From the NCBI GenBank assembly GCA_965644495.1, contig CBFFSA010000003.1, positions 372,001 to 436,000 on the forward strand: 64,000 bases of DNA. The letters are read 5' to 3'. Of the stretch, positions 44,692-56,242 are shown piece by piece (position 1 is the stretch's first letter; every line of letters starts with the position of its first letter). The translations under genes and the position numbers were made by a program. The notes beneath the pieces are model-generated. The model made no database searches. It had not been told where the DNA came from and saw only the letters and a list, made by a program, of their open reading frames with translations. This stretch comes from Perkinsela sp. CCAP 1560/9. Its lineage: Eukaryota; Protista; Euglenozoa: Kinetoplastea.

Positions 44692-44810
44692 TTTTCATTT
44701 TTAGTCTCTTCGTTGAAAGCGGTGGTTGTTTTCAACTTAGAAGTCACTCATGCTGTGCGCTTCGCGTTGGTAACTACCATCGCGTTTAACGAAGAGACTA
44801 AAAAAGAAAA
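44692..44810. repeat. Imperfect inverted repeat with ~45-bp arms
   Basis: TTTTAGTCTCTTCGTT..CAAC / GTTG..AACGAAGAGACTAAAA. Confidence 0.85.
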
Positions 44811-46833
44811 ATTGAATAGGAAAGCTGAAGAAAACGGAAGGATTTGAGCCAAAATTAGCCGATTTTTAGGTAAAAATAGGGGTATTTTTACGTATTTTTG
44901 CTCTCAGAGCACCAAAACCGATATTTGCGCGTGAGAAATCACTCGTAGGCACGAATTAAGCCTACCGAACGCAATGGGTAGAGAATGCGCCTCCAACCAC
45001 ACCATTCTTCCGACACAAAAAGACCCCCTTCGATCCGAAAATTACTTTTTCGCATTTTTTAGTCAAAAATAGGTCATTTTCGCAGGCATACCACAGCTCG
45101 AAGAAGGGTTAGCTTGCGAAAACAACAGCGTAGAAAGCTAGTATAGGTGCAAAATTCTCAAAATACAGTAGGTGAAACGATTTTGGAAAAATATTTTGTT
45201 TACGATTTGTTTCGCCAAGATGTTTTTTTTTTCAATTCTTTTTTCCAAAAAAATCCGAACTCGGCGCACCCGTTCCCGCTCACGCGGGCCCTCACCATAC
45301 CACCCCCTCCGACTTCGCAAATTACTTCCCACTACATCTAACGACATTTGTGCTGCATGTAGTTCGTGCAAGAGGCAGAGGTTGTAAACAACCCCCGCAA
45401 TACTATATATAATTACTGCCCCTATCCCACACTACTAGTCTCATTCTTTTTCAAGAGACTCAACGATGTTTCTAGTGATCCTGACGTATTGCACAGTACG
45501 GGGGCATAATTTCTTGGCCTAAGCGATCTGACGTGAGTGGTGTTGAAGTAAAGACTGCCTTTTAAAGGAGCTGTGTGCTGAATACATGTATGCGCGCGTG
45601 GACGTAGAGAGCTGATTGACGAGGAATGAGTAATGTGGCGGCACCGATGACACATCAGGTGCACATGGTGTCCCATACTGTTCTTCATGCACAAATCGGA
45701 CCCCTCGTGCTTGCGCATCCAAGGTGCGTATACTGAAATATACATGGAACTGTATACTGAAATTGTAACCCGGGGTTAATATTTAAATTCCGATTTAAAT
45801 ATTAATGTGCAAGCAGGTTAATATTTAATTTCCAGAATGTTTTTCAAGGTATGATCTTTTTTTACGAATGAAGGGATGCGAGTATGATCTCACATGATCT
45901 CTAGTGATATCGTTTTGGGCCTCACCCGCAGACGCTCGAGTTTAGAAGTATAAACCGGGGGGCTGATTATTATTACAGTGTAATTAGCTAAAAGGGTTAT
46001 TGGGAAGACGAGTTTTGTTCCATGTAACCCGGGGTGCGGAATAATATTTAAATATTAACTTGCAATTTAAATATTAAAGCAAATTTAAATATTCATCCGC
46101 ATTTAAATATTAGTACGTAGCGATTTAGAAGGAATTATTTTTGACTTTATTTTCGATATGAAGAGTTCCCTATGACGACTCTTTCTGAGACAGGTACATC
46201 AGCTTGTGCTGGTGCTTCTCTAAGTCTTTCTTCGAGCTCCTTGTAAGCTTCTCTGCGCCTCCTACACGTCCTCAAGTCACCACTTTGGACGGCTCCTTCG
46301 TTCTGTGAAGATTCCTCACCGGCCTGCTCATTTTCCGCGATAATAAATTCGTGCACTAGGTATGGACGTGCCCTACGCATGAACACTTAGATGTTGACCG
46401 TTTACGATTTACCGGAGCGGAAGCGTCTAGTGAGGTTTGCGAGGGGCCGTCACCCAATAGTTCCTGTACTATCGAAACTGCGTCATGTCTCTGTTGCATA
46501 TTCCAGAGAAGACCATCTTTCAAACCTGTTTGCAAGGAAGTAGAAGCTGCTGATGCGGAAAGTAGTCCGCAAAATGAGCAAAAACTGAAGAAATAATTTG
46601 AATTTCCCACAGGATGTTTTTGAAACCTTTGTCATAAGTTGCTTTTACAAGTTGTAAATGGTTGTAGCATCCCTTTAAAAATACTGGTTAGCCTTCCCTA
46701 TTCCACCCCAATGACTCCATCCTCACCCTGTATTTCACCTCCTCTATCCCCCTTCATCCACCCTACGTTACCACTTTCCTCCACCACATCTCTTTTTCCT
46801 CTTCTCCCCCTATTTTCCCACCCCCCAAACCCA

Positions 46834-47748
46834 ATGCAACAACTCCAAAACACCCACATCGGTCGCTTCGTTACCGTTCACCTCCATCGACCCCCCACCC
46901 CCGAGTCCCCCGCCCCTGGCCCGCACGACACCCTCCAGGGGCTGCTCTTCGCCGTGGACCACGACGCCCAGCTCGCGGTGGTCATCCAGCCCTCCGACGG
47001 CACCACGACAGTGTTCCACGCCGCCGCGGTGCGTGAGATCCGCGTCGAGGAGAAATCCACCAACACCGCCCACGCGGTGGTGCGACAGCGGTACTTCTGC
47101 GCCAGCGCGGAGCAGCCGCTCCCCTCCCCGGACTACGACCAGCTTCGTGCCCGGCTGGAGCGCGTGACCACCGGTCGAGCGCTCCCCCCCGGGGGAGGGG
47201 AAACGCGTAACGCCGTAAAAGGGTTAAACGATCGAACGTTAAACCCTAAAACGTTAAGTTCGAAGGAACCACCTTCGAAGGGTTTGAACGGTTGTGAATA
47301 TCCCATTGCCCCCTACGAGTTGTTCACGACACTCGCACGGCAGTACGGTGACACACGTTGGGGGGATGAAAGGGATGTGGCGTTAATTCTACAATCCCAC
47401 CGGGAGCATTGTGAGAGGGAAACGGGGAGGAGGAAAGGAGGGGAGGAAATCAAGGAAGACATAAAAGAGAACAAGAGTGGGCCATCTCCGGCACCGGAGA
47501 TTACGTGGCCGGTTCTGGTCGTTGCCGAGGACGTGGCGGTGTATGGTCCCTGGGACGGGTCGGCCTACCCTCGGGTGTGTTCCCGTTCCCTGCATGTCCC
47601 TCAGCACCATGTGGGGACGTGCGAGGAGAGTGTGATGGAGTGGGAGGGGTACGGACCAGAGATCGTGTCACGGATGGAAGGGGTAGCGCGGGTGAAAGGT
47701 GCGGTGGTCAAGTGGGCGCAATCCACAAGTTTGTTGAGAAAAGGATAA
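46834..47748 (+). CDS. LSM12-like protein (LSm domain plus anticodon-binding-like domain)
   Basis: IGRFVTV..LQGLLFAVD; LP.PD..L.AR; ELF.TLARQY..TRW; V.V.EDV.V.GPW; ARVK.AV. Confidence 0.65.
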   Translation: MQQLQNTHIGRFVTVHLHRPPTPESPAPGPHDTLQGLLFAVDHDAQLAVVIQPSDGTTTVFHAAAVREIRVEEKSTNTAHAVVRQRYFCASAEQPLPSPDYDQLRARLERVTTGRALPPGGGETRNAVKGLNDRTLNPKTLSSKEPPSKGLNGCEYPIAPYELFTTLARQYGDTRWGDERDVALILQSHREHCERETGRRKGGEEIKEDIKENKSGPSPAPEITWPVLVVAEDVAVYGPWDGSAYPRVCSRSLHVPQHHVGTCEESVMEWEGYGPEIVSRMEGVARVKGAVVKWAQSTSLLRKG

Positions 47749-47984
47749 ACTTTTTAGTGAATGACCTATTCCTTTTTAATGAGGCCATGGGGAATATTCA
47801 AGGGAAGAGATTAATTGAATGTGCTTGCTACATTATGTAAAGCATTCTTGTGATAGTTACTTCGTAGGTTTCAAGAGTTCATTTGTTGTACGTTCTTGTT
47901 GTACGTAATTTTTAACATCAATATGACGCGATAGATACAGCCCTGTAGTTATAGTATTCAAAACTAGAATACCCGCTGAATATA

Positions 47985-49394
47985 ATGACGCCTTCAGAGG
48001 ACCCTGCGGAGGCTGTGAATTCAGGAAACCGTAGTATGCGGCGTCCGTGTAATGAGCCCTCTGAAAATACTGTAGTCAATGTAGAAAACATTTCTGAGAG
48101 GTCCGCAGCTCAGAATACGCAGCCCGATTCCGCTACTGCCGATTTACGCTCTCATGATTCTCGCGATACCCCAATCGCTAACGTGGATAATAGTCAAAAT
48201 TTACCTGCAAGTGAAAGTGGTTCCACAAGTGGTACGTATGAAACCGTCACGGATGAGGAAAATGATGAGAACGAAGACTCAAACCAAGAGGAAGTGATAC
48301 GCTACATGGATCCCTCAGAAAGATTGGAGCGTGCGATTGCTCTACACACCCGTCCATCCCCACCTGCTGACCCTAGCGAGGTAAATCCAAACGCAGAATC
48401 TGAAGAAGCCACAATTGTCGAAAAAGAAACTCCGGAGATGGACACGCACTTTTATTGCTTCCACTGCAATAAATGCGGCTTTCCTTTACTAAAAGCTTCT
48501 GATCTGCTTCAAAAAAAGTTTACCTCCACGTTAAACTCCAGCGTTTTTTGCTACGAACTAGACTGGCTAGCCGATGAAGTCGCAGAAGCCGGAAAAATCC
48601 AATCAAAACAGTCACAAAATGATGGGGAACCGTCGCGTAAAGCACAAGAACCGGCGCAGAGAAATGTAAACCCAGAAAGCCAATCCACCTACTGGTGCTA
48701 CAGCGCTACGAATCCCTCTCAACAACGGTTTGACATCATTCGCGTATCGGGTAAAATAAACACAATACGATCGCACATACTTGACAACTCGGAACCAAGC
48801 ACTGAGCACTCGTGGTTTCCGCCCTATTCATGGAAGACGGCGTGCTGTGCCATCTGTAGTCAACACCTCGGGTGGTACTTTCAAGGCGAGACACCTGAAA
48901 ACGAGTCCGAATCCTCTGACCAATTCTTTGGTGTCATTTTAACTTCCCTCGTGCTACGTTCTGTATCGACAAGTGGATGGAGGAATGCTCACCAGAAGCT
49001 GCCTGGACTGATCGATGCGGAATCTCAGTATCAGCGTCATCGACAACTTATTCTTCGGGCGCTCTCTCGTGCCGCGGATGGTCGTATGATGGACGCCATG
49101 GCGCGCCTTCACTGGATGGATGAAAGTCCCATGGATCGCATACACATGGCTAATTTACATAGTGAAGTGATACGTTTTCTGCAGCAAACACACTCTGCAT
49201 CCTACGTGAGGAAGCTCCTCGAGGACTCCTCCCTCACTGAGGCTGGCGACGATGGCTCGGAGTGTGCCTCCCCGGAGGGAGATACCGAGGATGACTTTGA
49301 TGCCTCGGGAGATGACTACTATGACACCGACGACGATGACTGGGACATGTTCGTTCCTGATGACGATATGCATCCCTACTGGTCTTCAGACTGA
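47985..49394 (+). CDS. CULT (cereblon C-terminal/Yippee-like) domain protein
   Basis: CNKCG..TNPSQQRFDI..STEHSWFPPYSW..CAICSQHLGWYF..FFG. Confidence 0.85.
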   Translation: MTPSEDPAEAVNSGNRSMRRPCNEPSENTVVNVENISERSAAQNTQPDSATADLRSHDSRDTPIANVDNSQNLPASESGSTSGTYETVTDEENDENEDSNQEEVIRYMDPSERLERAIALHTRPSPPADPSEVNPNAESEEATIVEKETPEMDTHFYCFHCNKCGFPLLKASDLLQKKFTSTLNSSVFCYELDWLADEVAEAGKIQSKQSQNDGEPSRKAQEPAQRNVNPESQSTYWCYSATNPSQQRFDIIRVSGKINTIRSHILDNSEPSTEHSWFPPYSWKTACCAICSQHLGWYFQGETPENESESSDQFFGVILTSLVLRSVSTSGWRNAHQKLPGLIDAESQYQRHRQLILRALSRAADGRMMDAMARLHWMDESPMDRIHMANLHSEVIRFLQQTHSASYVRKLLEDSSLTEAGDDGSECASPEGDTEDDFDASGDDYYDTDDDDWDMFVPDDDMHPYWSSD

Positions 49395-49619
49395 TCTTTT
49401 GAAAGAATCACAAGGATGTTTGTTTCTCCTGGTTTAAATAAGTTCGGTATTTTGCTTTAATGCTTTTGAAACATCGTATTTTACAACACCTTTTCATCAT
49501 ACAGAATGCAGAAAGTGTTTTGATGCATCTCCAAAGCTACGCTTATCGAACAATATCAACCAGAACTACTGTAATCAAGAATTTCTAGGAATTGATCCAC
49601 AACTTCGCAAAATTCTTTA

Positions 49620-51926
49620 ATGTCTGTTTCAGCGGATTTCAAACAGTACCAGTCGGAGACGAAGACGGACTCCCTTGGCAGCCTCCGTGACATGTCTAAC
49701 TGCTTTGTCCTTGACGGGCTCCCCAAAGTCGTTGGCGGGATGGTACCCAACTTTCTACGTGTGATCACCAAACTCATGAACGACCACGGTGTCTTTCCGA
49801 AACGTGCCGACCTCATGCGAGACGAACTCACCCACGCCTCCCTGGGCTACATGTTTGTCGAGTGCAGCTCCCGCGCTGAGGCACAAAAAGCAGTCTCCCA
49901 ACTCAACGACCTCCCTATGGACAAGACGCGCCGACTGATTGCCAATGAGTGGGGTGACTTTGACACGTACCTCAACGAAACCCCCGAGAATGTTGAAAGA
50001 AACCTCGACACCAATCTCCCCGACACCGAGCCCCCCGTCGCCTATGACCTCCCCTACACCTTCCTCCGTGACCCCAATGGCCGGGAGCAGTTCCTCCTGA
50101 AATCCGGTCCTGGGTACGACATCCTCTGGGGCTGGCATGATCCCCACATGGTGGTGAAAACCGTCCCCATCATGGGACCGCCCCCCAACCCCACCGAGGC
50201 CTCCACCCGCGGCCCCCCCCTCCCCCCCTCCCCCGCGGAGTGGACCGCATTCGACCGTTCCGCCCGCCGTGTCCAGCCCGCCTACCCCATGTGGTCCCCC
50301 CTGGGTTCCTACGTCCTCACGCTGCACCCCTCCTATTTAGGTTTCTGGTCGTTTCGGGACCCCAACAACGAACACGGGACGAACGCGATGGACCAAGGCA
50401 GTAGTAAGACCCCCACCCCCCCCTGGGAGCTCGTGCTTCGGCTCAACCACCCCAAGCTCCGTCGTGCCTATGTCACCCCCAGCGAGCGGTATGCCCTCAC
50501 GGCGTGTACGAAATGCACCACACTGTGGGATATTGAAAAAGGAAGAAAGCTACGGACCTTTGCCACAGCGCTCGGGCCCCACCCATTGCAGAGTGTAGAG
50601 CCGAAAAAGAGCGAAGACAAGAGTGAGAGTGAGCATAAGATGAGTAAAAAGGAAAACAGCAGCAGTAACAGCAGCCACAATGAAGCTTCCTGGCCGCTCT
50701 TCCATTGGAACGCCTCGGAGGACTTCTTTGTGCAGCGCACCAAGGCGAGTCTGTATCTTTGTGCGATGAGCGAGCTTTCCCCGGTCTCGATTCATAAAAT
50801 CGAAAAAGAGGCCACGCTGTGTTTTGCCTGGGCGCCGGTCGCCTCCGTGCTGCTCTACAGTGTCGTCAGCGCGGCCTCGCGCCCCGGGGGGGATCAAATG
50901 ACCAAAGTGTTTGTGCAGCAGATTAAAGCGGGGAGTCAAATCCAGGAGTTATCCAACCGAACGGTGTATGAGGTCAAGGAGGTGAGCATGAAGTGGCAAC
51001 CGAGGAGCTCATGTCGTTATGGGGGTACGGGGGGGAGTACGGGGAGTAGCAGTGATCGTGCCTACTGTGCGGTTCTCATGCGTCGTGTCGGTACCCAACG
51101 ACGGGATAAAATCGACCTGTACTGTGTCCACGGGCGTAAAGTTGATATTGAGCAAATCGAGGTCGAGGGGAATGTGATGGAGGTGGTGTGGGACCCCGAA
51201 GGGCGAGAGGGGGCCCGGTTTTGTGTGACCAGCACTATGAAGAAAGGGGAGAAGAAGACGAAGCACCGCCAAGGGTTTTATCGACTCTCGGAGGGCCGGG
51301 CCCGGGTGATGGCACTGAGGGAGGACACGGAGACCTCGGAGGTGTTGTGGTCACCGTTGGGAAGTCATGCTGTGGCGAAGAATGCGAACGGGATGTTGGA
51401 GTTTTTGAAGGTAGAAAATGACAATGTCACGGTGCTACAGGTCCAGGAACATTTTAGTTGTACAGATGCCATGTGGGATAACTCCGGGCGGTATTTTCTG
51501 ACATCGGTCTCCGTACATCACACGGAGTTGGACAATGGGTTCCGTATTTACAACTTTCTAGGTCAGTTGCTGATGCATCAGGACTTGGAGAAGTTTTCGC
51601 ACTTTCTGTGGCGTCCTCGTCCCCCAACGCAACTCGGTATGGGCCGGTTGAAGGAGATTCGGGACCACATCGATGAGTACGTAGCTCGATATGAAGCCAC
51701 GGAGGAGCGACGACGATTGCTGGACCAAGAGGAGGCACGGAGCAAGGAAGCCGCCGTGATGGAAAAGTTTACCAAGTGGATCAATGAAATTCGAAAGGAG
51801 AACGAGCCCAAGACGCTGGAAAGGAAGAAACTGCAACAAAATTTGGAGAAGAAACACGGCGTTGTTTTCGTGGAAAATACTCGAGTGCAAGAAATCGTTC
51901 TGGAGAGTAAGGAGAAAGTTATTTAG
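49620..51926 (+). CDS. eIF3B: Translation initiation factor 3 subunit B
   Basis: RRM (VLDGLP, LGYMFVE), beta-propeller, WDNSGRY..DNGFRIYNFLG..FLWRPRPPT. Confidence 0.88.
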   Translation: MSVSADFKQYQSETKTDSLGSLRDMSNCFVLDGLPKVVGGMVPNFLRVITKLMNDHGVFPKRADLMRDELTHASLGYMFVECSSRAEAQKAVSQLNDLPMDKTRRLIANEWGDFDTYLNETPENVERNLDTNLPDTEPPVAYDLPYTFLRDPNGREQFLLKSGPGYDILWGWHDPHMVVKTVPIMGPPPNPTEASTRGPPLPPSPAEWTAFDRSARRVQPAYPMWSPLGSYVLTLHPSYLGFWSFRDPNNEHGTNAMDQGSSKTPTPPWELVLRLNHPKLRRAYVTPSERYALTACTKCTTLWDIEKGRKLRTFATALGPHPLQSVEPKKSEDKSESEHKMSKKENSSSNSSHNEASWPLFHWNASEDFFVQRTKASLYLCAMSELSPVSIHKIEKEATLCFAWAPVASVLLYSVVSAASRPGGDQMTKVFVQQIKAGSQIQELSNRTVYEVKEVSMKWQPRSSCRYGGTGGSTGSSSDRAYCAVLMRRVGTQRRDKIDLYCVHGRKVDIEQIEVEGNVMEVVWDPEGREGARFCVTSTMKKGEKKTKHRQGFYRLSEGRARVMALREDTETSEVLWSPLGSHAVAKNANGMLEFLKVENDNVTVLQVQEHFSCTDAMWDNSGRYFLTSVSVHHTELDNGFRIYNFLGQLLMHQDLEKFSHFLWRPRPPTQLGMGRLKEIRDHIDEYVARYEATEERRRLLDQEEARSKEAAVMEKFTKWINEIRKENEPKTLERKKLQQNLEKKHGVVFVENTRVQEIVLESKEKVI

Positions 51927-52366
51927 ATTCTTTCACCGAATTGCATCGTACGAAAAGATTGCACTCCTTGACAGGTGAGGAAAAGAAAGATGTGTGCTGC
52001 GGATAGTTGATTTTAAAAGTTTCGTAGTTAGGCAATGTTGCCTTTAACGTTCTTGTGTTGCTTTCTAAAGCAAAAAAAAGACTAAAGCAAAAAAAACAGT
52101 TAGCTTTACAAGAAATGTGCTCTAAATTTGTTGTGCTTTGAAGCGCGACCGATATTTGAAATAGATGTACGTAATGATATTCGACAATGCAGTGTCAACT
52201 TTTGAAAAAAAGAGTATGAGCTGTAGAGAAAATGTTTTCTATGCCAATGTAAACGTGTTCTATCGACACTTACAAATGTTGAACTGTTTTTTTTTAAATA
52301 TTTTTAGTGCAAATTATATTTATCTTTTGCTAAGCGATCCGAGCACAATAGAGATCAGACGAAATC

Positions 52367-52645
52367 ATGTATTCGCGACCCCTGACACTCGAGAGATCGC
52401 GCTACATTGCACGCGCCTATTTCTACGGTGGATTTTTTGCCGCACCTTGGTTGTGGTTTTCAAACTATTTCCTTTTTCGTACTGTACATCCCGAAGACCT
52501 AGTGGTTCAAAAATATGCTAGAATGAGTGGTATAGCCTTCATTTGTAGCATACCGATCTTCGTAGCATGGTACTTGACAATGTACTACGGTTTTCCTGAT
52601 TCCACATTATGGATTGTGCCTCCAAGAAACTTAACTAAACCATAG
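52367..52645 (+). CDS. PEN2: Gamma-secretase subunit PEN-2-like
   Basis: YFYGGF..PWLW..N..F ... KY..MS.I hydrophobic pattern. Confidence 0.75.
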   Translation: MYSRPLTLERSRYIARAYFYGGFFAAPWLWFSNYFLFRTVHPEDLVVQKYARMSGIAFICSIPIFVAWYLTMYYGFPDSTLWIVPPRNLTKP

Positions 52646-54014
52646 TAGTACGAAATATGTGATTTAGCTCGGAGCGTATCATGAGTCTTTTCTCAAAGCT
52701 GTATGAGCCGACACCTACATGTATGTGGGACTATCTAGGGATACAGCATGTACATGTTCAGAGCACAGAAGATAACTTACCCATTCGTACTGTGATATAT
52801 CGAACAGCTTGACACCACACTGAAACAAGTCTTTCGCGACATGAACCAAAAACGGTTGAAAGTCAGCTTGGTAAGTATTCTATAAGTCACTTCTATCAGT
52901 TCATGACCTCTATAAGTCACGAACACTGTTCTTTCGCTTCTCCCATGCAATGCAATCCATTCGGGAATACAAAAGAAAATGTCCTCGACCATCGACCAAG
53001 CGAAGGATGGTGCTTTCGAGAAGTGGGGGTCGGTTGCACACCGCACACGAAACGAGTGACATTGAAAAAGCTGTCATTTGTTCGAGAAACTGACACCATG
53101 TTCTCATTCACTTTTCCGGCGAGATCGTAGTAGGTGATCACAGGGGTAAGTGGCCGAAATTGATTCGTTCTCTGCGACCAGAATATCGAAGAACGTATCT
53201 TCACCACTTTCCATCACCTTCATGCTCAGCATGAGTAGTATGCTCATCAGTGGACCACGCGTCGGACAGAGGAAAGGTTTAGAAGGATAAAAATGCGTTC
53301 TATTTGCAGTTCACTGTATAATGCTTTGTGTCAATATAGAAGCTACGACGTACAATGCCCGTCGGCAATGTATCATCCCTATAACTAAAAAGGTTCATTC
53401 TACAAGTCTTTTCGCAAGCTTCTAGTGCTGGTTGCGTGTGTTTTATGTTGCTCAATTTGAAAAATAGCATGGAAATTATTCAAACTTTAGAGTTATGAAA
53501 GAAAGGGGATTACAAAAACTAACGACTGGGTACCGGAGGTCCCCACCCAGTCGCAAGTTTGTGAACTCCGTCTCGCCAAGTGTAGTAATGATGCGGCTCC
53601 ATGCATCAGCATGATTGTCTTTCGTTGGCACATATTCTGGAGAAACGCGAATATGATGTAGGCGTAAATAAGACGAAATTTTGTTATTCGAATTGAGGAA
53701 AAAAAAGGTTGAGAAAATGTTCTAACCACCTGAAAAAATTATTACAATTTATAATACCGGTCTAAACTTAATTGAGTGAGGAGTATCTAACTCGCTTACT
53801 AAGGTTAATTCCAAAAACTGAAAAAGATCGCCAAAGAAGCATAAGATCGAGTTTTTTCAAAATTCCAAAACGTAGCAGTAGGTCATTAGATGAACTCTTA
53901 AATACTCTAAAAATCATCTAAAACAACCTTATATCCCAAATTTTAGAACATTTTTCGTAAAAATAATTGCGTGTGCAAAGGTCTGCGATACGACAAACTG
54001 GTTGACTAAGGAGC

Positions 54015-54091
54015 GTCCTTTGAGTAGTCCAGTTGGTAAAGGGGTTCCATTTTGACGCTGAACGTCCGCGGTTCGATTCCCGACATCGACA
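54015..54091 (+). pseudogene. Degenerate tRNA-like sequence (possible SINE head)
   Basis: A-box TAGTCCAGTTGGTA and B-box GGTTCGATTCC at tRNA spacing; acceptor and anticodon stems pair poorly. Confidence 0.6.
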
Positions 54092-54264
54092 TTTTACTAA
54101 AAAAATCGAAAAAAAATTTATTTGCTCAAGATCGCCAAAAAAACAAATTCGGAACAAATTTTTTTTCAGACTTTTTTCTCGAAAAAGTGACCAGCTGGCC
54201 ACCAAAAACACGGTTTGCATTTTGTATATATATAGAGAGAAAAATAATGAGGAGGTCCGAGTGG

Positions 54265-54960
54265 TAGTGTGCAGCTACAGTGCCCGTGAGAGAGTAAGTG
54301 TACTGCCACGTGAGGCAGTGGTTGCACAGTGCTGCAGTGTAAGTACAGTGGCACGTGAGAGAGTAAGTGCACTGCCATGTGAGGCAGTGGTTGCACAGTG
54401 ATGCAGTGCAGCTGCAGTGGCACGTGCGAGAGTAAGTGCACTGCCACGTGAGGAAGTGACTGCAGTGCAGCTGCATCACGTACGTGAAAGAGTAAGTGTA
54501 CTGCCACGTGAGGCAGTGAACGCAGTGGCGCGTGAGAGAGTAAGTGACTGCAGTGTAGCTGCAGTGGCACGTGCGAGAGTAAGTGCACTACCACTGTAAG
54601 TACAGTGGTACGTGAAAGAGTAAGTGTACTGCCACGTGAGGCAGTGAACGCAGTGTAGATGCAGTGGCACGTGAGAGAGTAAGTGTACTGCCACGTGAGG
54701 CAGTGAACGCAGTGTAGATGCAGTGGCACGTGAGAGAGTAAGTGTACTGCCACGTGAGGCAGTGAACGCAGTGCAGATGCAGTGGCGCGTGAGAGAGTCA
54801 GTGACTGCACAGTGCGAGAGTAAGTGCACTGCCACGTGAGGAAGTGACTGCAGTAATGCAATGTAGCTACAGTGGCAAGTGCGAGAGTAAGTGTACTGCC
54901 ACGTGAGGCGGTGACTGTATTGATGCAGTGTGTAGCTATAGTGGAACGTGGGTGCAGGTG
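54265..54960. repeat. Minisatellite of ~60-bp units (GCAGTGGCACGTGAGAGAGTAAGTGTACTGCCACGTGAGGCAGTGAACGCAGTGTAGAT), about 11 variable copies
   Basis: A 60-nt period is visible at 54601-54790. Confidence 0.92.
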
Positions 54961-55173
54961 GCTGCACATGAAACACCCACATGAGAGACCGTGCGCCACC
55001 AGTGGCTGCACTGGTGTTCCATTTAGAGAGTGTTGTTACAGATCGCCATGTTGTGGAAGCTAGCCGAGCTAGCAAGCGCAAATGCTTTTCTCGTGCGGGG
55101 AGATACCATTTCTTTTCAGTGGGAATCTGCCACGCCTGTTGCTTCGTATCTCCCTCGCCCCTTTCAATCTGGG

Positions 55174-55241
55174 TTACGCCCAAACTTAACTTAAAATTAA
55201 GCCCAAAGCCAGATTTTGGCCTTAATTAAGTTTGGGCGTAA
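55174..55241. repeat. Perfect 16-bp inverted repeat
   Basis: TTACGCCCAAACTTAA / TTAAGTTTGGGCGTAA. Confidence 0.9.
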
Positions 55242-55927
55242 TGAACGTTATGTTCGACAAACTGTTTTCTAAATCTTTTGAAAAAGAATTTTCCATTTTT
55301 TATGGATAACTTTACGATTCCGAAGGTAGTGCTTGATGAGGTTTCGTCAAGACGAAACACTATCTGAAAGTTAAGAAGAGATTGATGTCCAGACGCTACT
55401 TAATTTATTATTGGAATGAGAGGATTTTTCAAGAATCCTATAGATTTTTCTAAAATATTTTTTACCCACATATTCTACTGCGCCGTGATAATGACGGGTT
55501 GGTGGACTCTCTCTGGGTAAGCCCAGATTAGGACTACCAACCTTCACAGTAACAGAGATTTGGCCATTTGGGTCCAAAATCGATTCTATTACTGGGGGGT
55601 ATACGGTATAAACTTCTTAAACCCTTGTTCGGTGAAATGGCTCCTGTTCCACCTGATGCAATGTAGGAGCAATAAAATTCTTTGAACGCACTTCCAAATC
55701 TTTCAAATGCATCGCGCACCATCATTTGCGTTGGACGATGTGTAACGAGTTACGATCCAAAAGACGGGCGTCAGGGTGCTGCCATGCCTTCTTGCTCAAA
55801 TCTCCTGCTAAAATCGGTGCTGAAATCGTCAGAGAAAACCAAACGGTCGAATAAGGTTGAGTCTTGCCCGAGGGTCATCTCGGCAAACTTGACTCGATAC
55901 TCTTTTTGCCGCTGCGTGAGACACATA

Positions 55928-56242
55928 CTATCCCCCCCTATTTAATAGGGCTACGTGCGACCCCCCTTTTAATAGGGCTATTTTGTCTGGAAGGCCAAAA
56001 TAGATTTCAGGTAAGATCAAAAAGTTTGTCGAATCCGCCGCGAAGGGGCGGATTTTCTTTTTCGTGTCTACCCCAGCAACAAAAAGTGTATCAAAAGGAG
56101 CAGGACCGTGTTTAACGACGATAAAAAAAGGCGCTGCGAAGCGGCGCCGACTTTTTTTCTTTCACATTATTTTCCATGTACCCTTCCTTTAAAAGGACAT
56201 TTTGCCCAAAATCGGAGTCCTATTAAATAGGGGGGGGGGTAG
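55928..56242. mobile_element. MITE-like element with ~23-bp TIRs and TA flanks
   Basis: TA|CTATCCCCCCCTATTTAATAGG ... CCTATTAAATAGGGGGGGGGGTAG|TA; subterminal TTTAATAGGGCTA repeat. Confidence 0.7.

Noticed and set aside
54265-54960. CRISPR array
   Set aside because: Units are tandem with no unique spacers; no cas genes; eukaryotic context.
54126-55183. Long minus-strand ORFs over the minisatellite, and other antisense ORFs over GC-skewed genes
   Set aside because: Translations of repeats or low-complexity antisense frames with no recognisable domains.
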